From the human T2T-CHM13v2.0 reference genome, Homo sapiens, in NCBI RefSeq assembly GCF_009914755.1, contig NC_060948.1: a stretch of DNA of 64,000 nt; one strand, given 5' to 3'. Shown here piece by piece: positions 1-14,600 of the stretch. Each line of letters starts with the position of its first letter. Position 1 is the first letter of the stretch. A program made the position numbers and the translations under genes. The notes beneath the pieces are model-generated. The model was not told where the DNA came from. It searched no databases and saw nothing but the letters and a program-made list of their open reading frames with translations.

Positions 1-134
1 AATGCAATGGACTCGAATAGATTGCAAACGGAATGCAAAGGAATGGAATGGAATAGTATGGAATGGAATGGAAAGGAATGGAGTGGAATAGACTAGAGTG
101 GAATGGAATGGACTGGAAAGCAATGGACTGGAAT

Positions 135-149
135 GGAACTTTCTTGAAT
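135..149. promoter_or_regulatory. Perfect 3-unit heat-shock element motif A (gGAAc tTTCt tGAAt); recurs once per DYZ1 unit, 12 copies
   Basis: Exact match to the nGAAnnTTCnnGAAn HSF consensus, read directly from the sequence. Function is not demonstrated. Confidence 0.55.
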
Positions 150-1598
150 GGACTGGAATCAAACGGAATGGAATGCAATGCAATCAAATGGCATGGAATA
201 AAATAGAATGAAAGAGAATCAAATGGAATTGAATCGAATGGAATCGAATGGATTGGAAAGGAATAGAATGGAATGGAATGGAATGGACTAGAATGGAATG
301 GATTCGAATGGAAGGCAAAGGAATGGAATCTATTGGAATGGACTGTAATGGAATGGAATGGAAGGGATTGGAATGGACTCGAATGGAATGGACTGCAATA
401 GAAAGGATTCGAATGGAATGAAAAAGAATTGAATGGAATAGAACAGAATGGAATCAAATCGAATGAAATGGAATGGAATAGAAAGGAATGGAATGAAATG
501 GAATGGAAAGGATTCGAATGGAATGCAATCGAATGGAATGGAATCGAACGGAATGGAATAAAATGGAAGAAAACTGGCAAGAAATGGAATCGAAATGAAT
601 GGAGTGTTATGGAACGGACTCAAAAGGAATTGAATGTAATAGAATGGAGTGGAGTGGACTCGAATATAATGGACTGGAATGGAATGAAATCACATGGAAT
701 GGGAACGAATGGAATGGAATGGAAAGGAATGGAATCGAATGGAAAGGAATCGAATGGAAGGGAATGAAATTGAATCAACAGGAATGGAAGGGAATAGAAT
801 AGACGGTAATGGAATGGACTCGAATAGAATGGACACGAATGCTCAAATTGAATGGACTCGAATGGAATGGAAACGAAAGGAATGTCATCGAATGGAATTG
901 AATCGATTGGAATGAAATCGCATAGAATGGAGTGGAATCAAATGGAATTGAATCGAAAGGAAAGGAAGCGAATGGACTGAAATGAAATGGAATGGAATTG
1001 AATGGAAAGTAATGCAATGGAATAGAATGGAACGAAATTTCACGGAATGGAATCAAACTGAATGGAATCAAATCAATGGAATCTAATCAAATGGAATGGA
1101 AAGGAATTGAATGGAGTAGATTGGATTGGATGGGATTGGAATGAAATGTACTGGAAAGGACTCGAATTTCATGAAACGGAATGGAATGAATTGGAACGGA
1201 ATGGACTCGAATGGAATGGAATGTCATGGAATGGCATCAAATGGAATGGCATCAAATGGAATGGAATCGAATGCAATGGAATGCTATGGAATGGAATGGA
1301 ATGCATTGGAATGGAATGTCCTCTAATGGAATGGATTCGAGTGGAATGGAATCGAATATAATGGAGTCGAATGAAATGGAATTGAAAGGAATGGGATCGA
1401 ATAGAATGGAATATACTGAAATGTAATGTAATGAACTCGAATATAATTGACTGGAATGGAATGTACATGAATGGAATGTAATCGAATGGAAAGTAATCCA
1501 ATGGAATAGAATCTAATGCAATAAAACCGACTCAGATAGAGTAGAATGTAATGGAATGGAGTGCAGTGCAATGGAATGGAATGGAATTGAATGCAATG

Positions 1599-1643
1599 GA
1601 ATGGAATGGAATGGAATGGAATGGAATGGAATGGAATGGAATG
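1599..1643 (+). repeat. Pure (GAATG)n microsatellite tract within the DYZ1 unit; copy number varies between units
   Basis: The tract lies between CAATG and GGATG. n = 9, 10, 9, 11, 10, 8, 10 in units 1-7, five slots including a CAATG interruption in units 8-10, and 5 in unit 11. Confidence 0.9.
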
Positions 1644-1968
1644 GGATGGAATGGTATGGAATGGATAGTAATGGACTGGAGTGAAATGGACTGGAAAGGA
1701 ATGGACTCAAATTGAAAGGGATCGAAAGGAATGGAGTCAAATGGAATGGTCTGGAATGGAATGAACACGAGTGTAATGCAATCCAATAGAATGGAAACGA
1801 ATGACATGGAATATAAAGAAATGGAATCGAAGAGAATGGAAACAAATGGAATGGAATTGAATGGAATGGAATTGAATGGAATGGGAACGAATGGAGTGAA
1901 ATTGTATGCAGTAGAAGGGAATAGAATGGAATGCAAGCGAAAGGAAAGGAATGGATTGGAATGGAATG

Positions 1969-2012
1969 GAATTCATTGGAATGGAAGGGAATGTAGTGTA
2001 ATGGACAGGCCT
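1969..2012. other. Diagnostic single EcoRI (GAATTC, 1969-1974) and HaeIII/StuI (AGGCCT, 2007-2012) sites of the DYZ1 unit
   Basis: Both sites are seen once per ~3.56 kb unit, which predicts a unit-length restriction band as classically described for DYZ1. Confidence 0.9.
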
Positions 2013-2382
2013 GGAATAAAGTGGAATGCTACGGTCTCGAATGGAATAAAAATGTATGGAATGGAATGCAATGAAACGGAATCGAATGTCATAGAATGTA
2101 ATGGAATGCAACAAAATGGAATCCAAAATCATTGACTGGAAAGGCTGGGTGTCGAAAGGAATTGACTCCAATGGAATGGAATCGAATGGAATGGAAGTGA
2201 ATAGAATGGAACTAAATCGAATGGAATGGAATTGATAGGAACGGAATGGAAAGGAATGCAATGATTTGGCATGGAATGGAATCGAATGGCATCGAATGGA
2301 ATGGAATGGAATGCAATGGAATGGAATGTATTAGAATGTAATGAACTTTAATGGAATGTACTCGAATGGATTCGACTGGAAT

Positions 2383-2397
2383 GGAATGTTCTGGAAG
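2383..2397. promoter_or_regulatory. Perfect 3-unit heat-shock element motif B (gGAAt gTTCt gGAAg); recurs once per DYZ1 unit, 11 copies
   Basis: Exact match to nGAAnnTTCnnGAAn. Function is not demonstrated. Confidence 0.55.
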
Positions 2398-2662
2398 TGA
2401 ATGGACTCCAATGGAATGGATTCAAAAGGAATGGAATCGTACGGAATGGAATCTAATGGAATGGAATTAAATGGAAATGAATCAAATTGAATAGCACGGA
2501 ATTGAATTGAATGGAATCGAATGCAATGGAATCTAATGAAACGGAAAGGAAAGGAATGCAATGGAATGGAATGGGCTGGAATGGAAAGGAATCGAAACGA
2601 ATGGAATGGAATCGAACTGAAGAGACTGGAATGGAATGCACTGGAATGGAAGGGAGTGTAAT

Positions 2663-2677
2663 GGAAGGTTCTCGAAA
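2663..2677. promoter_or_regulatory. Perfect 3-unit heat-shock element motif C (gGAAg gTTCt cGAAa); 10 intact copies, one mutated (GAA>GAT at 34722)
   Basis: Exact match to nGAAnnTTCnnGAAn. Function is not demonstrated. Confidence 0.55.
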
Positions 2678-5600
2678 AAAATGGAATCGAATGGAATGGA
2701 ATTGAATGGAACGGAATAGAGTCGAATGGAATTGAATGGAATGGAATGGACTAGAGTGAAATGGAATCGAACCACAAGGAATGGAGAGGAATAGAATGGT
2801 CTCGAATTGAATGGAATCGTATGGAATGGCATCAAACGGAATGGAATGGACAGCCACGGAATGGAATGCACTCGAATGCAATGGAGTCGAAACTAATGGA
2901 CTGGAATAGAATGGACTCGACTGGTACGGACTCCAATGGAATGGAATCGAATGGAAGGGAATCGAACGGAATGGACTCGAAGGGAAAAGACTGCAATGGA
3001 AAGGTCTCGAATGGAATGGAAATTAATGGAATGGAATGGAATCGAATGAAATGGAGTCAAAAGGAATGGAATCGAATGGCAAGAAATCGAATGTAATGGA
3101 ATCGCAAGGAATTGATGTGAACGGAACGGAATGGAATGGAATCCAAAGGAATGGAATAGAATGGAATGGAATCGAATGGAAAGGACTCGAATGGAAATCA
3201 CTGGAATAGAATGCAATTTAATAAAATAGGATCAAATGTAATGGAATGGAATGGAAAGGAATCGAAACGAAAGGAATGGAGACAGATGGAATGGAATAGA
3301 ACAGAGAGCAATGGTATAGAATGGAATGGAATCATCTGGAATGGAATTGAATGGAATGGAATAATATGAAATGGAATGGAATGGAATGGAATGGAATGCC
3401 CTTGAATTAAATGGACTGGAATGGAATGGACTCGAACAGAGTGGAATGGAAAGTGTTGAGATAGAATGGAATGGACTCGTTTGGAATGGTCTAGTATGCA
3501 ATGCAATCGACTGGCAGGGAATCAAAAGGAATGTAATCGAATGGATTGGACTGGAATGCAATGGACTCGAATAGATTGCAAACGGAATGCAAAGGAATGG
3601 AATGGAATAGTATGGAATGGAATGGAAAGGAATGGAGTGGAATAGACTAGAGTGGAATGGAATGGACTGGAAAGCAATGGACTGGAATGGAACTTTCTTG
3701 AATGGACTGGAATCAAACGGAATGGAATGCAATGCAATCAAATGGCATGGAATAAAATAGAATGAAAGAGAATCAAATGGAATTGAATCGAATGGAATCG
3801 AATGGATTGGAAAGGAATAGAATGGAATGGAATGGAATGGACTAGAATGGAATGGATTCGAATGGAAGGCAAAGGAATGGAATCTATTGGAATGGACTGT
3901 AATGGAATGGAATGGAAGGGATTGGAATGGACTCGAATGGAATGGACTGCAATAGAAAGGATTCGAATGGAATGAAAAAGAATTGAATGGAATAGAACAG
4001 AATGGAATCAAATCGAATGAAATGGAATGGAATAGAAAGGAATGGAATGAAATGGAATGGAAAGGATTCGAATGGAATGCAATCGAATGGAATGGAATCG
4101 AACGGAATGGAATAAAATGGAAGAAAACTGGCAAGAAATGGAATCGAAATGAATGGAGTGTTATGGAACGGACTCAAAAGGAATTGAATGTAATAGAATG
4201 GAGTGGAGTGGACTCGAATATAATGGACTGGAATGGAATGAAATCACATGGAATGGGAACGAATGGAATGGAATGGAAAGGAATGGAATCGAATGGAAAG
4301 GAATCGAATGGAAGGGAATGAAATTGAATCAACAGGAATGGAAGGGAATAGAATAGACGGTAATGGAATGGACTCGAATAGAATGGACACGAATGCTCAA
4401 ATTGAATGGACTCGAATGGAATGGAAACGAAAGGAATGTCATCGAATGGAATTGAATCGATTGGAATGAAATCGCATAGACTGGAGTGGAATCAAATGGA
4501 ATTGAATCGAAAGGAAAGGAAGCGAATGGACTGAAATGAAATGGAATGGAATTGAATGGAAAGTAATGCAATGGAATAGAATGGAACGAAATTTCACGGA
4601 ATGGAATCAAAATGAATGGAATCAAATCAATGGAATCTAATCAAATGGAATGGAAAGGAATTGAATGGAGTAGATTGGATTGGATGGGATTGGAATGAAA
4701 TGTACTGGAAAGGACTCGAATTTCATGAAACGGAATGGAATGAATTGGAACGGAATGGACTCGAATGGAATGGAATGTCATGGAATGGCATCAAATGGAA
4801 TGGCATCAAATGGAATGGAATCGAATGCAATGGAATGCTATGGAATGGAATGGAATGCATTGGAATGGAATGTCCTCTAATGGAATGGATTCGAGTGGAA
4901 TGGAATCGAATATAATGGAGTCGAATGAAATGGAATTGAAAGGAATGGGATCGAATAGAATGGAATATACTGAAATGTAATGTAATGAACTCGAATATAA
5001 TTGACTGGAATGGAATGTACATGAATGGAATGTAATCGAATGGAAAGTAATCCAATGGAATAGAATCTAATGCAATAAAACCGACTCAGATAGAGTAGAA
5101 TGTAATGGAATGGAGTGCAGTGCAATGGAATGGAATGGAATTGAATGCAATGGAATGGAATGGAATGGAATGGAATGGAATGGAATGGAATGGAATGGAA
5201 TGGGATGGAATGGTATGGAATGGATAGTAATGGACTGGAGTGAAATGGACTGGAAAGGAATGGACTCAAATTGAAAGGGCTCGAAAGGAATGGAGTCAAA
5301 TGGAATGGTCTGGAATGGAATGAACACGAGTGTAATGCAATCCAATAGAATGGAAACGAATGACATGGAATATAAAGAAATGGAATCGAAGAGAATGGAA
5401 ACAAATGGAATGGAATTGAATGGAATGGAATTGAATGGAATGGGAACGAATGGAGTGAAATTGTATGCAGTAGAAGGGAATAGAATGGAATGCAAGCGAA
5501 AGGAAAGGAATGGATTGGAATGGAATGGAATTCATTGGAATGGAAGGGAATGTAGTGTAATGGACAGGCCTGGAATAAAGTGGAATGCTACGGTCTCGAA

Positions 5601-8600
5601 TGGAATAAAAATGTATGGAATGGAATGCAATGAAACGGAATCGAATGTCATAGAATGTAATGGAATGCAACAAAATGGAATCCAAAATCATTGACTGGAA
5701 AGGCTGGATGTCGAAAGGAATTGACTCCAATGGAATGGAATCGAATGGAATGGAAGTGAATAGAATCGAACTAAATCGAATGGAATGGAATTGATAGGAA
5801 CGGAATGGAAAGGAATGCAATGATTTGGCATGGAATGGAATCGAATGGCATCGAATGGAATGGAATGGAATGCAATGGAATGGAATGTATTAGAATGTAA
5901 TGAACTTTAATGGAATGTACTCGAATGGATTCGACTGGAATGGAATGTTCTGGAAGTGAATGGACTCCAATGGAATGGATTCAAAAGGAATGGAATCGTA
6001 CGGAATGGAATCTAATGGAATGGAATTAAATGGAAATGAATCAAATTGAATAGCACGGAATTGAATTGAATGGAATCGAATGCAATGGAATCTAATGAAA
6101 CGGAAAGGAAAGGAATGCAATGGAATGGAATGGGCTGGAATGGAAAGGAATCGAAACGAATGGAATGGAATCGAACTGAAGAGACTGGAATGGAATGCAC
6201 TGGAATGGAAGGGAGTGTAATGGAAGGTTCTCGAAAAAAATGGAATCGAATGGAATGGAATTGAATGGAACGGAATAGAGTCGAATGGAATTGAATGGAA
6301 TGGAATGGACTAGAGTGAAATGGAATCGAACCACAAGGAATGGAGAGGAATAGAATGGTCTCGAATTGAATGGAATCGTATGGAATGGCATCAAACGGAA
6401 TGGAATGGACAGCCACGGAATGGAATGCACTCGAATGCAATGGAGTCGAAACTAATGGACTGGAATAGAATGGACTCGACTGGTACGGACTCCAATGGAA
6501 GGGAATCGAATGGAAGGGAATCGAACGGAATGGACTCGAAGGGAAAAGACTGCAATGGAAAGGTCTCGAATGGAATGGAAATTAATGGAATGGAATGGAA
6601 TCGAATGAAATGGAGTCAAAAGGAATGGAATCGAATGGCAAGAAATCGAATGTAATGGAATCGCAAGGAATTGATGTGAACGGAACGGAATGGAATGGAA
6701 TCCAAAGGAATGGAATAGAATGGAATGGAATCGAATGGAAAGGACTCGAATGGAAATCACTGGAATAGAATGCAATTTAATAAAATAGGATCAAATGTAA
6801 TGGAATGGAATGGAAAGGAATCGAAACGAAAGGAATGGAGACAGATGGAATGGAATAGAACAGAGAGCAATGGTATAGAATGGAATGGAATCATCTGGAA
6901 TGGAATTGAATGGAATGGAATAATATGAAATGGAATGGAATGGAATGGAATGGAATGCCCTTGAATTAAATGGACTGGAATGGAATGGACTCGAACAGAG
7001 TGGAATGGAAAGTGTTGAGATAGAATGGAATGGACTCGTTTGGAATGGTCTAGTATGCAATGCAATCGACTGGCAGGGAATCAAAAGGAATGTAATCGAA
7101 TGGATTGGACTGGAATGCAATGGACTCGAATAGATTGCAAACGGAATGCAAAGGAATGGAATGGAATAGTATGGAATGGAATGGAAAGGAATGGAGTGGA
7201 ATAGACTAGAGTGGAATGGAATGGACTGGAAAGCAATGGACTGGAATGGAACTTTCTTGAATGGACTGGAATCAAACGGAATGGAATGCAATGCAATCAA
7301 ATGGCATGGAATAAAATAGAATGAAAGAGAATCAAATGGAATTGAATCGAATGGAATCGAATGGATTGGAAAGGAATAGAATGGAATGGAATGGAATTGA
7401 CTCAAATGGAATGGACTAGAATGGAATGGATTCGAATGGAAGGCAAAGGAATGGAATCTATTGGAATGGACTGTAATGGAATGGAATGGAAGGGATTGGA
7501 ATGGACTCGAATGGAATGGACTGCAATAGAAAGGATTCGAATGGAATGAAAAAGAATTGAATGGAATAGAACAGAATGGAATCAAATCGAATGAAATGGA
7601 ATGGAATAGAAAGGAATGGAATGAAATGGAATGGAAAGGATTCGAATGGAATGCAATCGAATGGAATGGAATCGAACGGAATGGAATAAAATGGAAGAAA
7701 ACTGGCAAGAAATGGAATCGAAATGAATGGAGTGTTATGGAACGGACTCAAAAGGAATTGAATGTAATAGAATGGAGTGGAGTGGACTCGAATATAATGG
7801 ACTGGAATGGAATGAAATCACATGGAATGGGAACGAATGGAATGGAATGGAAAGGAATGGAATCGAATGGAAAGGAATCGAATGGAAGGGAATGAAATTG
7901 AATCAACAGGAATGGAAGGGAATAGAATAGACGGTAATGGAATGGACTCGAATAGAATGGACACGAATGCTCAAATTGAATGGACTCGAATGGAATGGAA
8001 ACGAAAGGAATGTCATCGAATGGAATTGAATCGATTGGAATGAAATCGCATAGAATGGAGTGGAATCAAATGGAATTGAATCGAAAGGAAAGGAAGCGAA
8101 TGGACTGAAATGAAATGGAATGGAATTGAATGGAAAGTAATGCAATGGAATAGAATGGAACGAAATTTCACAGAATGGAATCAAACTGAATGGAATCAAA
8201 CCAATGGAAACAAATCAAATGGAATGGAAAGGAATTGAATGGAGTAGATTGGATTGGATGGGATTGGAATGAAATGTACTGGAAAGGACTCGAATTTCAT
8301 GAAACGGAATGGAATGAATTGGAACGGAACGGACTCGAATGGAATGGAATGTCATGGAATGGCATCAAATGGAATGGCATCAAATGGAATGGAATCGAAT
8401 GCAATGGAATGCTATGGAATGGAATGGAATGCATTGGAATGGAATGTCCTCTAATGGAATGGATTCGAGTGGAATGGAATCGAATATAATGGAGTCGAAT
8501 GAAATGGAATTGAAAGGAATGGGATCGAATAGAATGGAATATACTGAAATGTAATGTAATGAACTCGAATATAATTGACTGGAATGGAATGTACATGAAT

Positions 8601-11600
8601 GGAATGTAATCGAATGGAAAGTAATCCAATGGAATAGAATCTAATGCAATAAAACCGACTCAGATAGAGTAGAATGTAATGGAATGGAGTGCAGTGCAAT
8701 GGAATGGAATGGAATTGAATGCAATGGAATGGAATGGAATGGAATGGAATGGAATGGAATGGAATGGAATGGGATGGAATGGTATGGAATGGATAGTAAT
8801 GGACTGGAGTGAAATGGACTGGAAAGGAATGGACTCAAATTGAAAGGGCTCGAAAGGAATGGAGTCAAATGGAATGGTCTGGAATGGAATGAACACGAGT
8901 GTAATGCAATCCAATAGAATGGAAACGAATGACATGGAATATAAAGAAATGGAATCGAAGAGAATGGAAACAAATGGAATGGAATTGAATGGAATGGAAT
9001 TGAATGGAATGGGAACGAATGGAGTGAAATTGTATGCAGTAGAAGGGAATAGAATGGAATGCAAGCGAAAGGAAAGGAATGGATTGGAATGGAATGGAAT
9101 TCATTGGAATGGAAGGGAATGTAGTGTAATGGACAGGCCTGGAATAAAGTGGAATGCTACGGTCTCGAATGGAATAAAAATGTATGGAATGGAATGCAAT
9201 GAAACGGAATCGAATGTCATAGAATGTAATGGAATGCAACAAAATGGAATCCAAAATCATTGACTGGAAAGGCTGGATGTCGAAAGGAATTGACTCCAAT
9301 GGAATGGAATCGAATGGAATGGAAGTGAATAGAATCGAACTAAATCGAATGGAATGGAATTGATAGGAACGGAATGGAAAGGAATGCAATGATTTGGCAT
9401 GGAATGGAATCGAATGGCATCGAATGGAATGGAATGGAATGCAATGGAATGGAATGTATTAGAATGTAATGAACTTTAATGGAATGTACTCGAATGGATT
9501 CGACTGGAATGGAATGTTCTGGAAGTGAATGGACTCCAATGGAATGGATTCAAAAGGAATGGAATCGTACGGAATGGAATCTAATGGAATGGAATTAAAT
9601 GGAAATGAATCAAATTGAATAGCACGGAATTGAATTGAATGGAATCGAATGCAATGGAATCTAATGAAACGGAAAGGAAAGGAATGCAATGGAATGGAAT
9701 GGGCTGGAATGGAAAGGAATCGAAACGAATGGAATGGAATCGAACTGAAGAGACTGGAATGGAATGCACTGGAATGGAAGGGAGTGTAATGGAAGGTTCT
9801 CGAAAAAAATGGAATCGAATGGAATGGAATTGAATGGAACGGAATAGAGTCGAATGGAATTGAATGGAATGGAATGGACTAGAGTGAAATGGAATCGAAC
9901 CACAAGGAATGGACAGGAATAGAATGGTCTCGAATTGAATGGAATCGTATGGAATGGCATCAAACGGAATGGAATGGACAGCCACGGAATGGAATGCACT
10001 CGAATGCAATGGAGTCGAAACTAATGGACTGGAATAGAATGGACTCGACTGGTACGGACTCCAATGGAAGGGAATCGAATGGAAGGGAATCGAACGGAAT
10101 GGACTCGAAGGGAAAAGACTGCAATGGAAAGGTCTCGAATGGAATGGAAATTAATGGAATGGAATGGAATCGAATGAAATGGAGTCAAAAGGAATGGAAT
10201 CGAATGGCAAGAAATCGAATGTAATGGAATCGCAAGGAATTGATGTGAACGGAACGGAATGGAATGGAATCCAAAGGAATGGAATAGAATGGAATGGAAT
10301 CGAATGGAAAGGACTCGAATGGAAATCACTGGAATAGAATGCAATTTAATAAAATAGGATCAAATGTAATGGAATGGAATGGAAAGGAATCGAAACGAAA
10401 GGAATGGAGACAGATGGAATGGAATAGAACAGAGAGCAATGGTATAGAATGGAATGGAATCATCTGGAATGGAATTGAATGGAATGGAATAATATGAAAT
10501 GGAATGGAATGGAATGGAATGGAATGCCCTTGAATTAAATGGACTGGAATGGAATGGACTCGAACAGAGTGGAATGGAAAGTGTTGAGATAGAATGGAAT
10601 GGACTCGTTTGGAATGGTCTAGTATGCAATGCAATCGACTGGCAGGGAATCAAAAGGAATGTAATCGAATGGATTGGACTGGAATGCAATGGACTCGAAT
10701 AGATTGCAAACGGAATGCAAAGGAATGGAATGGAATAGTATGGAATGGAATGGAAAGGAATGGAGTGGAATAGACTAGAGTGGAATGGAATGGACTGGAA
10801 AGCAATGGACTGGAATGGAACTTTCTTGAATGGACTGGAATCAAACGGAATGGAATGCAATGCAATCAAATGGCATGGAATAAAATAGAATGAAAGAGAA
10901 TCAAATGGAATTGAATCGAATGGAATCGAATGGATTGGAAAGGAATAGAATGGAATGGAATGGAATTGACTCAAATGGAATGGACTAGAATGGAATGGAT
11001 TCGAATGGAAGGCAAAGGAATGGAATCTATTGGAATGTACTGTAATGGAATGGAATGGAAGGGATTGGAATGGACTCGAATGGAATGGACTGCAATAGAA
11101 AGGATTCGAATGGAATGAAAAAGAATTGAATGGAATAGAACAGAATGGAATCAAATCGAATGAAATGGAATGGAATAGAAAGGAATGGAATGAAATGGAA
11201 TGGAAAGGATTCGAATGGAATGCAATCGAATGGAATGGAATCGAACGGAATGGAATAAAATGGAAGAAAACTGGCAAGAAATGGAATCGAAATGAATGGA
11301 GTGTTATGGAACGGACTCAAAAGGAATTGAATGTAATAGAATGGAGTGGAGTGGACTCGAATATAATGGACTGGAATGGAATGAAATCACATGGAATGGG
11401 AACGAATGGAATGGAATGGAAAGGAATGGAATCGAATGGAAAGGAATCGAATGGAAGGGAATGAAATTGAATCAACAGGAATGGAAGGGAATAGAATAGA
11501 CGGTAATGGAATGGACTCGAATAGAATGGACACGAATGCTCAAATTGAATGGACTCGAATGGAATGGAAACGAAAGGAATGTCATCGAATGGAATTGAAT

Positions 11601-14600
11601 CGATTGGAATGAAATCGCATAGAATGGAGTGGAATCAAATGGAATTGAATCGAAAGGAAAGGAAGCGAATGGACTGAAATGAAATGGAATGGAATTGAAT
11701 GGAAAGTAATGCAATGGAATAGAATGGAACGAAATTTCACAGAATGGAATCAAACTGAATGGAATCAAACCAATGGAAACAAATCAAATGGAATGGAAAG
11801 GAATTGAATGGAGTAGATTGGATTGGATGGGATTGGAATGAAATGTACTGGAAAGGACTCGAATTTCATGAAACGGAATGGAATGAATTGGAACGGAACG
11901 GACTCGAATGGAATGGAATGTCATGGAATGGCATCAAATGGAATGGCATCAAATGGAATGGAATCGAATGCAATGGAATGCTATGGAATGGAATGGAATG
12001 CATTGGAATGGAATGTCCTCTAATGGAATGGATTCGAGTGGAATGGAATCGAATATAATGGAGTCGAATGAAATGGAATTGAAAGGAATGGGATCGAATA
12101 GAATGGAATATACTGAAATGTAATGTAATGAACTCGAATATAATTGACTGGAATGGAATGTACATGAATGGAATGTAATCGAATGGAAAGTAATCCAATG
12201 GAATAGAATCTAATGCAATAAAACCGACTCAGATAGAGTAGAATGTAATGGAATGGAGTGCAGTGCAATGGAATGGAATGGAATTGAATGCAATGGAATG
12301 GAATGGAATGGAATGGAATGGAATGGAATGGAATGGAATGGAATGGAATGGGATGGAATGGTATGGAATGGATAGTAATGGACTGGAGTGAAATGGACTG
12401 GAAAGGAATGGACTCAAATTGAAAGGGCTCGAAAGGAATGGAGTCAAATGGAATGGTCTGGAATGGAATGAACACGAGTGTAATGCAATCCAATAGAATG
12501 GAAACGAATGACATGGAATATAAAGAAATGGAATCGAAGAGAATGGAAACAAATGGAATGGAATTGAATGGAATGGAATTGAATGGAATGGGAACGAATG
12601 GAGTGAAATTGTATGCAGTAGAAGGGAATAGAATGGAATGCAAGCGAAAGGAAAGGAATGGATTGGAATGGAATGGAATTCATTGGAATGGAAGGGAATG
12701 TAGTGTAATGGACAGGCCTGGAATAAAGTGGAATGCTACGGTCTCGAATGGAATAAAAATGTATGGAATGGAATGCAATGAAACGGAATCGAATGTCATA
12801 GAATGTAATGGAATGCAACAAAATGGAATCCAAAATCATTGACTGGAAAGGCTGGATGTCGAAAGGAATTGACTCCAATGGAATGGAATCGAATGGAATG
12901 GAAGTGAATAGAATCGAACTAAATCGAATGGAATGGAATTGATAGGAACGGAATGGAAAGGAATGCAATGATTTGGCATGGAATGGAATCGAATGGCATC
13001 GAATGGAATGGAATGGAATGCAATGGAATGGAATGTATTAGAATGTAATGAACTTTAATGGAATGTACTCGAATGGATTCGACTGGAATGGAATGTTCTG
13101 GAAGTGAATGGACTCCAATGGAATGGATTCAAAAGGAATGGAATCGTACGGAATGGAATCTAATGGAATGGAATTAAATGGAAATGAATCAAATTGAATA
13201 GCACGGAATTGAATTGAATGGAATCGAATGCAATGGAATCTAATGAAACGGAAAGGAAAGGAATGCAATGGAATGGAATGGGCTGGAATGGAAAGGAATC
13301 GAAACGAATGGAATGGAATCGAACTGAAGAGACTGGAATGGAATGCACTGGAATGGAAGGGAGTGTAATGGAAGGTTCTCGAAAAAAATGGAATCGAATG
13401 GAATGGAATTGAAAGGAACGGAATAGAGTCGAATGGAATTGAATGGAATGGAATGGACTAGAGTGAAATGGAATCGAACCACAAGGAATGGAGAGGAATA
13501 GAATGGTCTCGAATTGAATGGAATCGTATGGAATGGCATCAAACGGAATGGAATGGACAGCCACGGAATGGAATGCACTCGAATGCAATGGAGTCGAAAC
13601 TAATGGACTGGAATAGAATGGACTCGACTGGTACGGACTCCAATGGAAGGGAATCGAATGGAAGGGAATCGAACGGAATGGACTCGAAGGGAAAAGACTG
13701 CAATGGAAAGGTCTCGAATGGAATGGAAATTAATGGAATGGAATGGAATCGAATGAAATGGAGTCAAAAGGAATGGAATCGAATGGCAAGAAATCGAATG
13801 TAATGGAATCGCAAGGAATTGATGTGAACGGAACGGAATGGAATGGAATCCAAAGGAATGGAATAGAATGGAATGGAATCGAACGGAAAGGACTCGAATG
13901 GAAATCACTGGAATAGAATGCAATTTAATAAAATAGGATCAAATGTAATGGAATGGAATGGAAAGGAATCGAAACGAAAGGAATGGAGACAGATGGAATG
14001 GAATAGAACAGAGAGCAATGGTATAGAATGGAATGGAATCATCTGGAATGGAATTGAATGGAATGGAATAATATGAAATGGAATGGAATGGAATGGAATG
14101 GAATGCCCTTGAATTAAATGGACTGGAATGGAATGGACTCGAACAGAGTGGAATGGAAAGTGTTGAGATAGAATGGAATGGACTCGTTTGGAATGGTCTA
14201 GTATGCAATGCAATCGACTGGCAGGGAATCAAAAGGAATGTAATCGAATGGATTGGACTGGAATGCAATGGACTCGAATAGATTGCAAACGGAATGCAAA
14301 GGAATGGAATGGAATAGTATGGAATGGAATGGAAAGGAATGGAGTGGAATAGACTAGAGTGGAATGGAATGGACTGGAAAGCAATGGACTGGAATGGAAC
14401 TTTCTTGAATGGACTGGAATCAAACGGAATGGAATGCAATGCAATCAAATGGCATGGAATAAAATAGAATGAAAGAGAATCAAATGGAATTGAATCGAAT
14501 GGAATCGAATGGATTGGAAAGGAATAGAATGGAATGGAATGGAATTGACTCAAATGGAATGGACTAGAATGGAATGGATTCGAATGGAAGGCAAAGGAAT

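Noticed and set aside
1079-1089. DUX4-like site GAATCTAATCA in some DYZ1 units
   Set aside because: It mismatches the first base of the TAAT core and is present only in units 1, 2, 5 and 7. Such near-matches are expected in this sequence composition.
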